64,000 bases of DNA from a virus, in the IMG/VR virus record IMGVR_UViG_3300042261_001929, positions 1 to 64,000 of that record, one strand, 5' to 3'. Positions 27,940 through 38,630 of this stretch are shown one piece after another (positions within the stretch are counted from its first letter, which is position 1; each line of letters starts with the position of its first letter). Under the pieces are notes generated by a model. That model did not search any database. It was not told where the DNA came from and worked only from the letters and a program-made list of their open reading frames with translations. The translations under genes were made by a program, and so were the position numbers.

Positions 27940-29586
27940 TTATCTTATTTTACTAGGTAAGGTAATTCTCCTGTCCCTTCTTGCTGTATAGAGCCCTTGT
28001 AATCGTGATGATGGACTTTCAACCTTTGCTATCATCTGGGATTGTGGTCTTGAAAACAACTTTTGCATGTCCTCATCCTTGACAACGTAAGGATTCATAC
28101 TTGGTAATTTTGGAATGTTCAATTTAATCCTACCATTGAAATATAATATAGCATAGACTAAACAATCTAATTGATCATCATTTTTTCCATTTGGGAAGTC
28201 ACAAACTTCGATTAAAAAATCATCAGACCAATGGTGGGCATTTGGGTTTGGAATAAAAATATGTCCTGACTCACAATCAGGAGCAGCGGCCATTGCTCTA
28301 ATTTCCTTAGACTTTCCACCTGGTGGTAGCTCAACTATTCCTGGTATTTCATGTTTCAGCATTGACATTATTGCCGGACCATTACCTTTATCTTCCACAA
28401 GTTTTTTTCGAGCCTCTGGCCATCGATTTGACAAAATCTTAAACTGTTTCAAAGTTTCTGCAAAGTCTCCTTGACCCCTATATTGCGCCAATAGATACTT
28501 ATCAATCCCCTGTCTACCCCAAATTTGGCCAACGTTGAAATCACTCTTTTCTTTTACTGCTAAATCCCAGACTTGTACAATTTCATCCATATTAGAAGCT
28601 AAATCATGCAAATCCTCTTCTCCATTATAATTAAAGTTTTGGAACCAATCCCTTTCAAAATAAGTACCGGCACTGGCTATCGGATTTTGTTGCATAAGAG
28701 CTGCCCAATCATAAGGCCCCATAACCGACCTCGTAGCAATCAAAGATTCCATAGAAAATCTTTCCGGCCATAACGGTTCTCCAACCTGTCTAGGATCTTC
28801 TAAACATAGTGGTTCCTCAGCTATCATAGGGAAACTGACTACTACCCACTGATCAGCTCTGGGATCATTTTTTGCCAACTCCAACAATCTTCCAGCCAAA
28901 TCCTTTGAAGACCATCTTGTAAGTGTTAACAAAATCCTTGAATCGTCATCCATTCTTCTTGTATAAAACGTGCTAGTATACCAATCCCAAAGCGTACTCT
29001 GAACAGCATTACTCTCAGCGTCTTTCCTATCTTTTGTGGGATCATCGATAATTCCGTGCGTAAAACCCATACCAGTGATACCACCGCCTACACCACTACA
29101 CTTGTAAATACCCTTTCTACCAACTATCTCAAAATTTTCAGTATTTCTCATATAAGCATTACCAGACGTAACTGTCCTAACGGATCTTCCCGATAGTGTT
29201 GTCTCTGGAAAAACTTTCTTGTACTCAGGGCTATCAATAACTCTTTGCACATCTCTATTCATTTTAGTAGCAAGATCCATACCATAACTTGTCGCGATTA
29301 TGCTTGCGTCAGGATTGTGCCCAAAAATCCAAGCCGGTAGCCTTCTAGAAACAAGCTCACTTTTTCCCGACCTCGGAGGCATGAATACCATTAGCCTCTT
29401 GATATCCCCAAAAGCCCATCTCTCCAAATATCGGCAAATCACTTCATGATGCCAATTGACCATATACCTCGGAAACGTATACGTAGTAAAATCCCTTAAA
29501 TGCAAATATGCTTTCCTGATCAAAATCTCATCCAATGTAAATCTTGGTACATAAAAACCATTTCGTTTTTCACTATTTTCTTCCAT
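27940..29586 (-). CDS. terL: Terminase large subunit
   Basis: Walker A MPPRSGKS, Walker B IIDDP, TRW motif, nuclease motifs WDLA, VEDKGNG, NDDQLD. Confidence 0.95.
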   Translation of the reverse strand: MEENSEKRNGFYVPRFTLDEILIRKAYLHLRDFTTYTFPRYMVNWHHEVICRYLERWAFGDIKRLMVFMPPRSGKSELVSRRLPAWIFGHNPDASIIATSYGMDLATKMNRDVQRVIDSPEYKKVFPETTLSGRSVRTVTSGNAYMRNTENFEIVGRKGIYKCSGVGGGITGMGFTHGIIDDPTKDRKDAESNAVQSTLWDWYTSTFYTRRMDDDSRILLTLTRWSSKDLAGRLLELAKNDPRADQWVVVSFPMIAEEPLCLEDPRQVGEPLWPERFSMESLIATRSVMGPYDWAALMQQNPIASAGTYFERDWFQNFNYNGEEDLHDLASNMDEIVQVWDLAVKEKSDFNVGQIWGRQGIDKYLLAQYRGQGDFAETLKQFKILSNRWPEARKKLVEDKGNGPAIMSMLKHEIPGIVELPPGGKSKEIRAMAAAPDCESGHIFIPNPNAHHWSDDFLIEVCDFPNGKNDDQLDCLVYAILYFNGRIKLNIPKLPSMNPYVVKDEDMQKLFSRPQSQMIAKVESPSSRLQGLYTARRDRRITLPSKIR

Positions 29587-29664
29587 GTTCTATCACTAAT
29601 ATCGATTTACGTAAAACCCAACAACCCAAAACCCTTAAATACCATAACTATTATCCAACTAAGC

Positions 29665-29925
29665 ATGGCTAACAAACTTGAAATTCTACTAAATCAGTTG
29701 CCAGAAATGATAAAAACAGACGATGGTATAGAAACCCATCTCTCCATATTTAAATATAGAGAGGTAGATAATACTTTAGGCTGGGGAATTTCATACACGC
29801 GAGATAATGAGGTATTCATATCATCAGCATCAGACGATCTCAGAACCGCTCTTGAAGACATCCTATCCAAAATAGGTGACAAGAGAATAACCAAGAAAAC
29901 CCACACGCCAAAAAAGGTGAAATGA
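29665..29925 (+). CDS. Hypothetical protein (start reassigned to the ATG of MANKLE)
   Basis: AAACCCTTAAATA promoter-like element upstream; avoids overlap with terL. Confidence 0.5.
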   Translation: MANKLEILLNQLPEMIKTDDGIETHLSIFKYREVDNTLGWGISYTRDNEVFISSASDDLRTALEDILSKIGDKRITKKTHTPKKVK

Positions 29926-30369
29926 ATGACAGGAAAGGTATTTAAACTCGAAAAAATAGACCAAGTACGGCAGGGCGATGTATTTCTAAAGCCTGTAGAT
30001 AGCGTACCAGAAGGCTGCGAACCATATAACATAGATGTAGTACATCGTGGCGAAGGCACCCATACCCACCGTATGGAAGGCGAATATAAAATGTTTGAAT
30101 CAAAGACGGTCAACCCATTAACTGAAGAAAAGGACATCTACATAATCATAACACCTGAAGATGCCGAACGCCTCAAAGAAGAAGCCATGAAACAAGGTAC
30201 CCTAACGCACGAGGAACACGACCACATAATTCTTGCGCCAGGTACTTATCTAAAACGCCCGCAGCGTGAATTTGATGCCATTGCTACAATGCAAGAGCGA
30301 ATAGAAGAGAGCCACATCTCTGGAATATTTGACATGTCAATCATGCGACATCGAAGGGTAATCGACTAA
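29926..30369 (+). CDS. RQGDV/HEEH protein, usual neighbour of DUF6745-type genes
   Basis: RQGDV...GEGTHTH...LTHEEH..I.L.PG.Y...QRE. Confidence 0.7.
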   Translation: MTGKVFKLEKIDQVRQGDVFLKPVDSVPEGCEPYNIDVVHRGEGTHTHRMEGEYKMFESKTVNPLTEEKDIYIIITPEDAERLKEEAMKQGTLTHEEHDHIILAPGTYLKRPQREFDAIATMQERIEESHISGIFDMSIMRHRRVID

Positions 30370-30385
30370 AACCGTAGGTGACAAT

Positions 30386-31165
30386 ATGCTAAGGAGACGC
30401 CATTTCATTTTTGAACCAGAATTTAGTGCGCGAATAAACGACTTAGAACTCAGGAGATTCAAGGATATAAATCACAACCAAGGAACAAGACAAACGCCGT
30501 TAAAGCCCAAACCCTCATCCTCATTCACAGAAGAAAATTACCGTATAGATTTTCCACTCCGTGAATCCAATATCCCTCGCGGTATATCAAAAGCTGATGT
30601 ATTGGCCATTGAGCAAATAATATCAACACGTCTAAGTTCCCGAATGATGGGGCAGCTACACTACCCACGCGAATGTTTCCTTACTCGATATGAGGACGGT
30701 TTCAAATTCAACAGAAGAGGCGGGCCAGCCATCACCTACTTCTCCGGTATAGAAGAATATTGGATTCGCGGCAAACGAATATCCGATCATATCACTGAGC
30801 GATTATTCCGCTATGATCACTACAAAATGTCAATTCGCGATATTCTAACTTACCCAAATATCGAAACCCGCCGTGATATCATGGAACTATTAGGTAGTGA
30901 ACAACTCGCGAAAATGATGGCCTCTATGCTGATGCCTATCCACAGCGATTATTTAAATAACCAGCTCTACACCCTTTACAAAACAAAAGAGCCAATTGTC
31001 ATGGATGGCTATCAGGGCTTTGATATGTATTTTATCCATGTCAATGATGCATCTACCTCTCGCGAATACTATCTGCAAGTCCCACCTATGTCCAATGCCC
31101 TCGATGCTGTAGCATGGACGTTCTACGAAACGAAAGAGACCTACCACCCTCGAATTGAGACCTAA
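30386..31165 (+). CDS. DUF6745-like protein
   Basis: NIETRR...NDAST.REYYLQVPP...DAVAWTF. Confidence 0.65.
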   Translation: MLRRRHFIFEPEFSARINDLELRRFKDINHNQGTRQTPLKPKPSSSFTEENYRIDFPLRESNIPRGISKADVLAIEQIISTRLSSRMMGQLHYPRECFLTRYEDGFKFNRRGGPAITYFSGIEEYWIRGKRISDHITERLFRYDHYKMSIRDILTYPNIETRRDIMELLGSEQLAKMMASMLMPIHSDYLNNQLYTLYKTKEPIVMDGYQGFDMYFIHVNDASTSREYYLQVPPMSNALDAVAWTFYETKETYHPRIET

Positions 31166-31518
31166 TGAAATGACAAGCAGAATGACATTTGAAACTTTTT
31201 TTCTTTTGCTTTATGCAATTGGCATCCCAACACTATCAATAATTATAATTATTATCTCAGAACTAAAAATGCGAAAAATTGACAAAATATGGAAATCATT
31301 ACAACAAAAATAGATATCAAGCACAACAAAAATCAACCGAAACCTTAATAAACTTATGACACCTATTAATAGTTATGAACCTGAATACTATCGAGAGTCG
31401 TGTAAAGGCTCAAAAAGTGGCACAGTGGCAAAGATACCTGATCAACAGATACGAAAAACCCCACAAGTACGATGAAGTCGCTCATCAATTTGTTCCACTT
31501 GTGCAAAACCCATAGCCA

Positions 31519-31629
31519 CTACTTTCTTATTTTATTTCCGTGCTCCAAATATTGATGTTCTACCAGCTCTTCTTCACTTTCAAAGCACGCTCGGCATTTG
31601 AAACAACAAAACTTACTATTTTCTTTCAT
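31519..31629 (-). CDS. 36-aa C2H2 zinc-finger microprotein
   Basis: MKENSKFCCFKCRACFESEEELVEHQYLEHGNKIRK fits C-x2-C-x3-F-x5-L-x2-H-x4-H. Below the ORF-track cutoff. Confidence 0.6.
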   Translation of the reverse strand: MKENSKFCCFKCRACFESEEELVEHQYLEHGNKIRK

Positions 31630-31661
31630 ACAAACAAAACAAATCACGTAAAAAGTTTAGA

Positions 31662-32171
31662 TTAAGAGGTATATATCCGCCTCTTAACTGTCTCGATATC
31701 ATCCCTGATCTCAGCACCCCTCATATCAAGCTCGGTGAATCTGGTATCAGTGGATTTCTTCAGTTCAAATGGCATGCCCCTGATAACACCCATTGTACCC
31801 CTTAGCCTATCGCAAGCTCTTGCCAGCTTATTAGCTCTGGCATAAACCTTATCCTCGCAAGTATGAGCATTGAGAATTTGGACACCAAATCCAATAATAG
31901 CATTGTACTCCCAGCCAACGATACCTAATGCAGCTCTAAAATAATCCCTATTATCCCTACCCACCGCACTTGATATTCTCATGTTTAGGGTAGTGTCTCT
32001 CTGAATTGTTGACCAACCAACAGTATCACCACATTTTACATGGCTCTCCAGATACTTAACAAAAGTTCGCGTGTTCCTATGGACTCTAAGAGAGCGCCCC
32101 TTGTAAACCATTTTTATTACATCAGTCTCTTCGGCATTGCACTTTTCAGAATCTCCATTGCAAAATCTCAT
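31662..32171 (-). CDS. Hypothetical protein
   Basis: 169 aa; GGTGA SD. Confidence 0.6.
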   Translation of the reverse strand: MRFCNGDSEKCNAEETDVIKMVYKGRSLRVHRNTRTFVKYLESHVKCGDTVGWSTIQRDTTLNMRISSAVGRDNRDYFRAALGIVGWEYNAIIGFGVQILNAHTCEDKVYARANKLARACDRLRGTMGVIRGMPFELKKSTDTRFTELDMRGAEIRDDIETVKRRIYTS

Positions 32172-32399
32172 TTCTAATCACCTTTGGCAGCAAAAACGCG
32201 CCACAAAAATAACATACCGCAATATACTATAAAAAGGTTTTGGACTAATAATCATCCCTACCACGGAAACAATTCATCTTTATCCATCTCTCCTCATAAT
32301 CATCGTACATTTCGGCATCAGTCAACCTCCTGTTTTCTTCGCGTTCGTTTTCCAAGATCGCGACCATACTTTCTACCTTTCCCATGATTCCACCCACAT

Positions 32400-32790
32400 A
32401 TTTATCATGATCTATACTTATATTCCAAGCATATATTCCTTGTCCAAATTCACTATATAGATCTATATACTTTTTACAAATCTATATACTTTTTAACATA
32501 AACCCTTACACACTCTATTAAATATATTTATATGCTATATAGCATAGATAGCATAAATAATGCTATTATCAATAGCAGTAAAGCTCATAAGGGCATAAAA
32601 TGTAAATAAATATAACATACCCCCTTTTCTAGATATGGGGATATGGAAAAAAATACCCTAAAGCCCTATAATTCAGCCTACTCATATCGTTTCGATGCAC
32701 TATATAGGTCTATTTTGCCATATACATTCACAAGAACCGATAACAGAAAGCTTTATATACTTTTAAGTAAAACAAACAACCGTGATAAAT
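32400..32790. repeat. AT-rich non-coding region with a 16-bp direct repeat
   Basis: ATCTATATACTTTTTA at 32461-32476 and 32480-32495; lies between divergent genes. Confidence 0.55.
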
Positions 32791-32791
32791 T

Positions 32792-33088
32792 ATGGAAATA
32801 ACAAACCTAACTGAGTATCTAAGCAAGGTAAAACCCCTGAGCAATCAGACATCCTATAACTTAGTCCTATACCTTGCTGCAAATGCCCGTGGAGGCATGT
32901 ATCGCGTTATTAAACACGAGTTCTTGCATCCAAACGTCCTATGGGAAGGATCACCAGAAATTATCAAAATCATAGTGAAATACGGCCCCATAGACAAGAT
33001 GATCAAGGACATTCAATCCTATAGGGTGGCTGTGCGAAAAACGCCCATCGACAAGCGAAGGCGTTTTTCTCTCCGCACCCCCCACTGA
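32792..33088 (+). CDS. Hypothetical protein
   Basis: 98 aa ORF with TATA-like element upstream. Confidence 0.5.
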   Translation: MEITNLTEYLSKVKPLSNQTSYNLVLYLAANARGGMYRVIKHEFLHPNVLWEGSPEIIKIIVKYGPIDKMIKDIQSYRVAVRKTPIDKRRRFSLRTPH

Positions 33089-33189
33089 AATGGTGAAGGA
33101 AATGTTACCCGTTACCTGAATCTTGGCACCCGAAACCTATAAATAGTATTCCATCATTTAGCGATTACATAGCAAAAGGAGTTAAACAT

Positions 33190-33738
33190 ATGTTAACAGA
33201 AGAAGAACTTAAGAAAATCGCTACCGACATGAAATCTTCCTTGCAAGAGTTGTCTAAATCTAGTGTTGCTGATGTTTATAACAAAGCCGGAGACATCATT
33301 GTACGATCGGTAGCCGACAAGGCCATGAATAATGAAAAAACTAATGAACTCGGAGCTGAGGCATTGAAACTCTTGCCAGATATCATACCGGCGCTCAGTG
33401 CATTGAGAAAAACCGGTCTAAATCTAGCCGAGGCAGCATCAAAACTTACGAAGGATTTAATCGAAGCGTTAGATACTGTTAATCTAACCAAAGAGAACCT
33501 TAAGCTTAGCATTCGCATAATAGACATCTTGACCGAAATGGTGAAAGAAGAACGGGCAAAAGCCAACTACTATGAAAGCACATTAAGCGACCTAAACATC
33601 ACGTTCATTCCGTGGGGATTGGCACAAAACGGATCTAATATCCCTGTCGATGATTGGTGGAGAAGGCACCGCGAAATTGCCGCTGAAGAAATAAATGTGC
33701 TATTCGGAAAGAAGTATATAGATGAGATAACAAAATAA
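33190..33738 (+). CDS. Hypothetical helical protein
   Basis: AGGAG SD; CGAAACCTATAAATA promoter-like element. Confidence 0.6.
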   Translation: MLTEEELKKIATDMKSSLQELSKSSVADVYNKAGDIIVRSVADKAMNNEKTNELGAEALKLLPDIIPALSALRKTGLNLAEAASKLTKDLIEALDTVNLTKENLKLSIRIIDILTEMVKEERAKANYYESTLSDLNITFIPWGLAQNGSNIPVDDWWRRHREIAAEEINVLFGKKYIDEITK

Positions 33739-33744
33739 ACTTTT

Positions 33745-34188
33745 TTGGAGGATACCTCAATGGAAACGCATGATCATAAGACTGTCAGCGTATTTAACCC
33801 TATAAATAACGGTTTTGTGAATATCGATGAAGGTATTGTTGATCTGATCACAGCCCTTTGGGATAAAAATTTTGAGACAGTTTCGTGTTGTGAGGCCATC
33901 AACAGGAACGAAAACGTGATGATCATATCTTTCATGGGGATATGCACGCTAAAAAGGTTGTTGAAGAAGCTACAGTATACGATTGCAAGCAGTACCAATC
34001 CAGAGATCATACAGTATTCATATAGTGATTATTTTATTAGTCGTATGTGTGGACTTCTCCAGCCAAGATGCGTTCGTCCGGCATGGAAATTTGTATTCTC
34101 TTTTACCAACTATGACATCATCTCAGTTGAGTTCCCAAAAGAAGACTACCAAACGTTCCTAACACTTGTAAAAGAAATGAAAAAATAG
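33745..34188 (+). CDS. Hypothetical protein (ID..I..L...ET..CCE motif)
   Basis: IDEGIVDLITALWDKNFETVSCCE. Confidence 0.6.
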   Translation: MEDTSMETHDHKTVSVFNPINNGFVNIDEGIVDLITALWDKNFETVSCCEAINRNENVMIISFMGICTLKRLLKKLQYTIASSTNPEIIQYSYSDYFISRMCGLLQPRCVRPAWKFVFSFTNYDIISVEFPKEDYQTFLTLVKEMKK

Positions 34189-34222
34189 AAAAATTTTTTA
34201 TCATTTTTTACTTAAAAAATAA

Positions 34223-34552
34223 TTATTGGTGACAGGATTCTTTCAGGCTAGCAATGTCCTTATTTACTTGCTCCAAGTTCATGCCCCCTTCGATCGCCAA
34301 TACCCCAACAAACCTTTCTAACCTTTCCACATATTCTTTCAATTCTTCATACTGAATAAAAATCAGTGGTGTCTCTACATCAAGAGAGACCATTGCATCT
34401 CTTCTCAGATCTGCCTGTTCTTTGCTCGATAATTCATCAAATGTCCATGCTGAGCAATCAGGATTCTCATCCAAAAGATGAAGATACCCCGCCCGTTCAT
34501 CAACCAATGCTGCCTTAACTTCTTCCAAATTATTCATATCCAACTTAAACAC
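34223..34552 (-). CDS. Hypothetical protein
   Basis: Part of a tightly packed minus-strand run. Confidence 0.5.
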   Translation of the reverse strand: MFKLDMNNLEEVKAALVDERAGYLHLLDENPDCSAWTFDELSSKEQADLRRDAMVSLDVETPLIFIQYEELKEYVERLERFVGVLAIEGGMNLEQVNKDIASLKESCHQ

Positions 34553-34801
34553 CTACATTACATAATATTTATTCAATCCAAGTTCACGAAACGCCAAATG
34601 AATAGCCATCAATAATCCGGTATCGCTTTCTCTTGAATCAAAATTTCCGACGACCACAGTAATTTTATGCCCAAACTCTTCATTAACCTTCCAATCCAAT
34701 CTACATTTTTTATGTTTTAGGCTTCGGCTAAAGGCATAGTACATCTTGATGCCATTAATAAAATCACGCTCTTCCTCATCCAATATCACAAAAATCACCA
34801 A
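34553..34801 (-). CDS. Hypothetical protein
   Basis: Part of a tightly packed minus-strand run. Confidence 0.45.
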   Translation of the reverse strand: MVIFVILDEEERDFINGIKMYYAFSRSLKHKKCRLDWKVNEEFGHKITVVVGNFDSRESDTGLLMAIHLAFRELGLNKYYVM

Positions 34802-34817
34802 AAAAGATAGTGCTGCC

Positions 34818-35213
34818 TTAAGAAATTTGCTTTAATGTGTATGTCAGCTTTCGGTTCATGGGTAGCACCACTGTAAATACTGCTTCCTCACATTTTGTGC
34901 CAACGTATGAAATGGACAGTATTGTGTTATCAAATAATACCTCGAATTTTTCATTCACATTGATTATGAACCCGACAGCCTCATAGATATCTTTCGCGGC
35001 TACTACCATTGTTTCGTTCTGTGCTGGATCATATCCAAATGTGAATATTTGATTTCCAGCCCCATTCATTGCCTCACAGAGCGCAACGGATAGTATTTCC
35101 ATATTTTTTTCATCGGTTCGTATCGGAATGATAATCGTTTTTCCGCTAGACGTATCTAAGATAAATATCCTCTGAACTTTCTTTTCTTTGGAAGTGGCTA
35201 CTAATCCAGTCAT
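34818..35213 (-). CDS. Hypothetical protein
   Basis: GAGGTG SD. Confidence 0.55.
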   Translation of the reverse strand: MTGLVATSKEKKVQRIFILDTSSGKTIIIPIRTDEKNMEILSVALCEAMNGAGNQIFTFGYDPAQNETMVVAAKDIYEAVGFIINVNEKFEVLFDNTILSISYVGTKCEEAVFTVVLPMNRKLTYTLKQIS

Positions 35214-35253
35214 AACAACACCTCAAAAATCTAAATAGAGTAGGGAGGAATCC

Positions 35254-36639
35254 CTACTCTTTCATCAGTCTTTCCCTTATCTCATCAAAGGTTATGGTCC
35301 TAACGATTTTGCCATTATCGAATACGGTTTCGAGTACATCCTCACCAACAGCATTCAGTGGCACGGTCTTGTATGTACCATCAACCTTGACGAGCTTCAT
35401 CAAGCCTGCCTTAGACCTCTTTGCGCGGCTGGTAATTGGATCTTTGTATACATCTCTCCACTGACCATCCACCTTTGCAGCACAGCACTTAAAGGCGAAC
35501 TGCATCGTATCCCGATTCAATTTCTGTAACAGCGCGCCGCCCATGCCAAACGCGATATTATCAATGCTCCAACCAGCGTGCTTCATGGCACCCAATATAG
35601 CATTGATGAGATCCTTGTCTACACCATCACCTTGAATTAAGCGAACGTGCGGATCAAGCACCTTGTAACCCTTATCATTTACAGTGAAACCAAACTTTTC
35701 ACCCAAAGTTTCCAAGCAGGTCATCACAACTTCCAATGGGTTACCACTATCAGGACGAACCACGAGTGTGCCATTACGATTCATGACATCATTCTTCAAC
35801 GCGCCGCCCCAGATGTCGCGGCATGCCGCGAATATATCCCATGTATCGGACACACAAGCAATTACACCATTCGGGTACTTCTGCAACATATTTCTCATTG
35901 CATCGGTTTGGCCATCTCTGAGCCACGCGCTCATTGTGGAATGCTCAGACGCTGGAATAGAGAAGCCCGCCATCTTGGCACCATAGTATTCCCTTGCCAT
36001 CCTAAGAGCCGTCATTGTATCCGTGCCTAAGAAGCTCAGCAGGTGAGCAGAACCACCGATAGCAGCGGACTCTACAGAGGAAACACCCCTAAAGCCGAAG
36101 TCATGCAGCTTGAATGGTACACCACCCTTATCGCCGGTCTCCTCAGCATACCAGTCCATGAGCCTTCTTATCTCATAGCTCTGAGTCGCTACCGTACATG
36201 GATACCACAATTGTACAAGTATGGTCTCCAGCCAAGATGTCAGCCACGGAACTCTTGGATCAGTATTTTCGACAGTCATGAGCACATTCTGTACTGGAAT
36301 CTTGGAACCTTCAGGTACCGCTCTGATCTGTACAGGGAGAGCACCATTATATTCATCTAAGATGTACTCCCAACCCTCGCGATTGAAGACACCCTGACCC
36401 ATATGAGCTGTGACTATTTCGTCACCCTCATCAATCTTCTTCTGAGTCACAGCCTTACCAGCAAGGTACTTCTCCAGAATATACTGGAGGCCATAGAACA
36501 CCGTGTAAGGTGCCCATCTACCACTTCTTGCCTCAAAATAAGAAGCAACGAACTGAGTACCCGCTGGATAAAGCGGTGCATGGGAATGCTTATAACTGTC
36601 GGTCAAGTCCAATACAAACTCGTTGTTTTCTTTCATCAT
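35254..36639 (-). CDS. nadV: Nicotinamide phosphoribosyltransferase (NAMPT)
   Basis: TDSYKHSH, LHDFGFRG, SIPASEHS, VSDTWD, VRPDSG, IQGDG, AFGMGG, FAFKC. Confidence 0.93.
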   Translation of the reverse strand: MMKENNEFVLDLTDSYKHSHAPLYPAGTQFVASYFEARSGRWAPYTVFYGLQYILEKYLAGKAVTQKKIDEGDEIVTAHMGQGVFNREGWEYILDEYNGALPVQIRAVPEGSKIPVQNVLMTVENTDPRVPWLTSWLETILVQLWYPCTVATQSYEIRRLMDWYAEETGDKGGVPFKLHDFGFRGVSSVESAAIGGSAHLLSFLGTDTMTALRMAREYYGAKMAGFSIPASEHSTMSAWLRDGQTDAMRNMLQKYPNGVIACVSDTWDIFAACRDIWGGALKNDVMNRNGTLVVRPDSGNPLEVVMTCLETLGEKFGFTVNDKGYKVLDPHVRLIQGDGVDKDLINAILGAMKHAGWSIDNIAFGMGGALLQKLNRDTMQFAFKCCAAKVDGQWRDVYKDPITSRAKRSKAGLMKLVKVDGTYKTVPLNAVGEDVLETVFDNGKIVRTITFDEIRERLMKE

Positions 36640-36645
36640 TTTTTT

Positions 36646-36933
36646 TCACTCCTTTATATCATAGAACTTTTTGTATGCTGTTTTGTCTATCAATTCCAAT
36701 CGCTTAACTTTTCCGGATTCGATGTCTTTGAAGGATATACCACATCCTCCGGCATCCCCGCCTTTTACTTTTCTCCAGAGACCAATTATTGCATACTCAT
36801 TAGATCGATCTCCTTTTATAATTTCGTCGATTCTTACATAGTCAAAGTATCCATCTCTGCGAATACATTTGACAATATCGCCTATTTTGACAGCGAAAAT
36901 GCCAATCGTTGGACCGCTCAGATTCAATTCCAT
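36646..36933 (-). CDS. Hypothetical protein
   Basis: 95 aa ORF upstream of NAMPT. Confidence 0.5.
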   Translation of the reverse strand: MELNLSGPTIGIFAVKIGDIVKCIRRDGYFDYVRIDEIIKGDRSNEYAIIGLWRKVKGGDAGGCGISFKDIESGKVKRLELIDKTAYKKFYDIKE

Positions 36934-36983
36934 GTATGCATCCTCATATGATATACCCCCATATAGGACAGCCTACTATTTAG

Positions 36984-37415
36984 TTATTTCGGTCGGAGAT
37001 CCAATATCATTTTTGGATCTTCAAGTGGATTGCGGCAGCGAACGGCATCGGGCTCCTTGTAATTTTCCAACGCCTTCACTATCATGGTCAATCGGTCCCT
37101 AAGTTCTGCTTCGATCTCGCGAATATCATCCTTCTCATAGTCAATCGTCTTCGCGAACTCTACATACACGAATCTCTGATCACTATAATCAGGCTTCTCA
37201 ATTTCCCAGTTAAAGAACCACTTAAATGGGCCTTTCGTCGCGCGAAATATACCTCTGTAGTCCCAATCATAATAGACGTATCTTTTCACGCTAGGCACAG
37301 CTTCCATTATGATTATATCAGTCGCGAATGACAAACTGTGGTTTCTACCATCTATATATACCTCAGATGGGTCGTCCGTGTGCGCTATTCTTCTCCTGTT
37401 GATTTCTACCTTCAT
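36984..37415 (-). CDS. Hypothetical protein
   Basis: 143 aa ORF. Confidence 0.55.
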   Translation of the reverse strand: MKVEINRRRIAHTDDPSEVYIDGRNHSLSFATDIIIMEAVPSVKRYVYYDWDYRGIFRATKGPFKWFFNWEIEKPDYSDQRFVYVEFAKTIDYEKDDIREIEAELRDRLTMIVKALENYKEPDAVRCRNPLEDPKMILDLRPK

Positions 37416-37483
37416 TCCAACACCAACCCTTATTAATCCAATTTAATAATATTGTCGGGAAAAAGATCTTAATCCACTTTTTT

Positions 37484-37705
37484 TCATTTTCGAACATTCT
37501 GGTCCTTTTCCACAAGCTCACACAACTGCCTTAGCCTTAAGAGACAGTTATGTGCTTCGTTGTTTGTGATGTCTTTTCCAACACCCTCATCATGAAGATG
37601 TCCATTTGGGTCAAATTTGGCTATAAATTCCGCAAACAGTCCAACGATTATTGCATCTTTAGGCTGTACCAAAGATTTGATCTTAGCAAGCAATCCCTTT
37701 GACAT
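37484..37705 (-). CDS. Hypothetical protein
   Basis: GGAGG SD inside the upstream gene. Confidence 0.5.
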   Translation of the reverse strand: MSKGLLAKIKSLVQPKDAIIVGLFAEFIAKFDPNGHLHDEGVGKDITNNEAHNCLLRLRQLCELVEKDQNVRK

Positions 37706-37707
37706 TT

Positions 37708-38112
37708 TTAATCCTCCGCTATATAAATACTTGGATATCTACGCGACAGTTCTTTTTCCGCCTCACTTTCTTTCCTCATTCTTTCGTGTCCCCCAAGATT
37801 GGACCACGAACATACTCCTTTGCCAAGTCCGTCCTCATAATAGCGACTTTTTGCGGTGGCCTTGATCAATTCATCTCTAAGAATCCAGAAATTTTCTACC
37901 AGATATTTTATATCTTTGGTGACGTACATTGTCAATCCTTCTATTGAGCAATTCGGTCTTTGAAGAGATTTTGATACTGTCTCCTTAAATGTCCTAAGTT
38001 CTTCCACCTCAGAGACCGCCGCCACCGCGATTTCAAGAGCATCCCTGAGCATCGTATATTGCTCAGGTGGATAGTTTTGTCGAATTGTTTCAATAGCCTC
38101 TTTACCATCCAT
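37708..38112 (-). CDS. Hypothetical protein
   Basis: EAIETI...YPP..Y..LRDAL..AV N-terminus. Confidence 0.55.
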   Translation of the reverse strand: MDGKEAIETIRQNYPPEQYTMLRDALEIAVAAVSEVEELRTFKETVSKSLQRPNCSIEGLTMYVTKDIKYLVENFWILRDELIKATAKSRYYEDGLGKGVCSWSNLGGHERMRKESEAEKELSRRYPSIYIAED

Positions 38113-38118
38113 TTTTAT

Positions 38119-38310
38119 CTACCGCCTGTTTTTTTCTAGGGCAAAATTCAATATGTCTATAGTCGCCTTTTGAGAATCAATGTGTTCCAAAATTTCTGGA
38201 AGCTTCTCAACAACCCAATTAGCTTCGTTAATTGTCATGCACCTTATATTGATGCCTCTTAGTTTTTCCAATGTCTTATTATCCATCATTTTTACACCTC
38301 TCGCTACCAT
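38119..38310 (-). CDS. Small hypothetical protein
   Basis: ORF in a minus-strand run. Confidence 0.45.
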   Translation of the reverse strand: MVARGVKMMDNKTLEKLRGINIRCMTINEANWVVEKLPEILEHIDSQKATIDILNFALEKNRR

Positions 38311-38385
38311 TGGTATTCGTTATCCTATTAATACTTTACGATTCAGACAAATACCACAGCATTTAAATAGAATAACAAAAAACAC

Positions 38386-38628
38386 ATGCACATGGACGAA
38401 AATAAACAATCCGAAATTTCACCAACAATCTTTGATGAAATGCTTGTCAGCCAACCACTTTTTGAAGAGCTATTTCCATTCGTGGCGGACTACGTACTAA
38501 CTGCGTGGAGAGAACACCCAAGAATGCCAGATAGTCTACTTGAAGAGCTGGTTATGAGAAGAATAGAAACCAATACTGAATGTATAGAGATTTATTTAAT
38601 GGATCGACTGCTTGAAGAAGAGGGATAA
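38386..38628 (+). CDS. Small acidic hypothetical protein
   Basis: CATTTAAATA upstream. Confidence 0.5.
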   Translation: MHMDENKQSEISPTIFDEMLVSQPLFEELFPFVADYVLTAWREHPRMPDSLLEELVMRRIETNTECIEIYLMDRLLEEEG

Positions 38629-38630
38629 AA

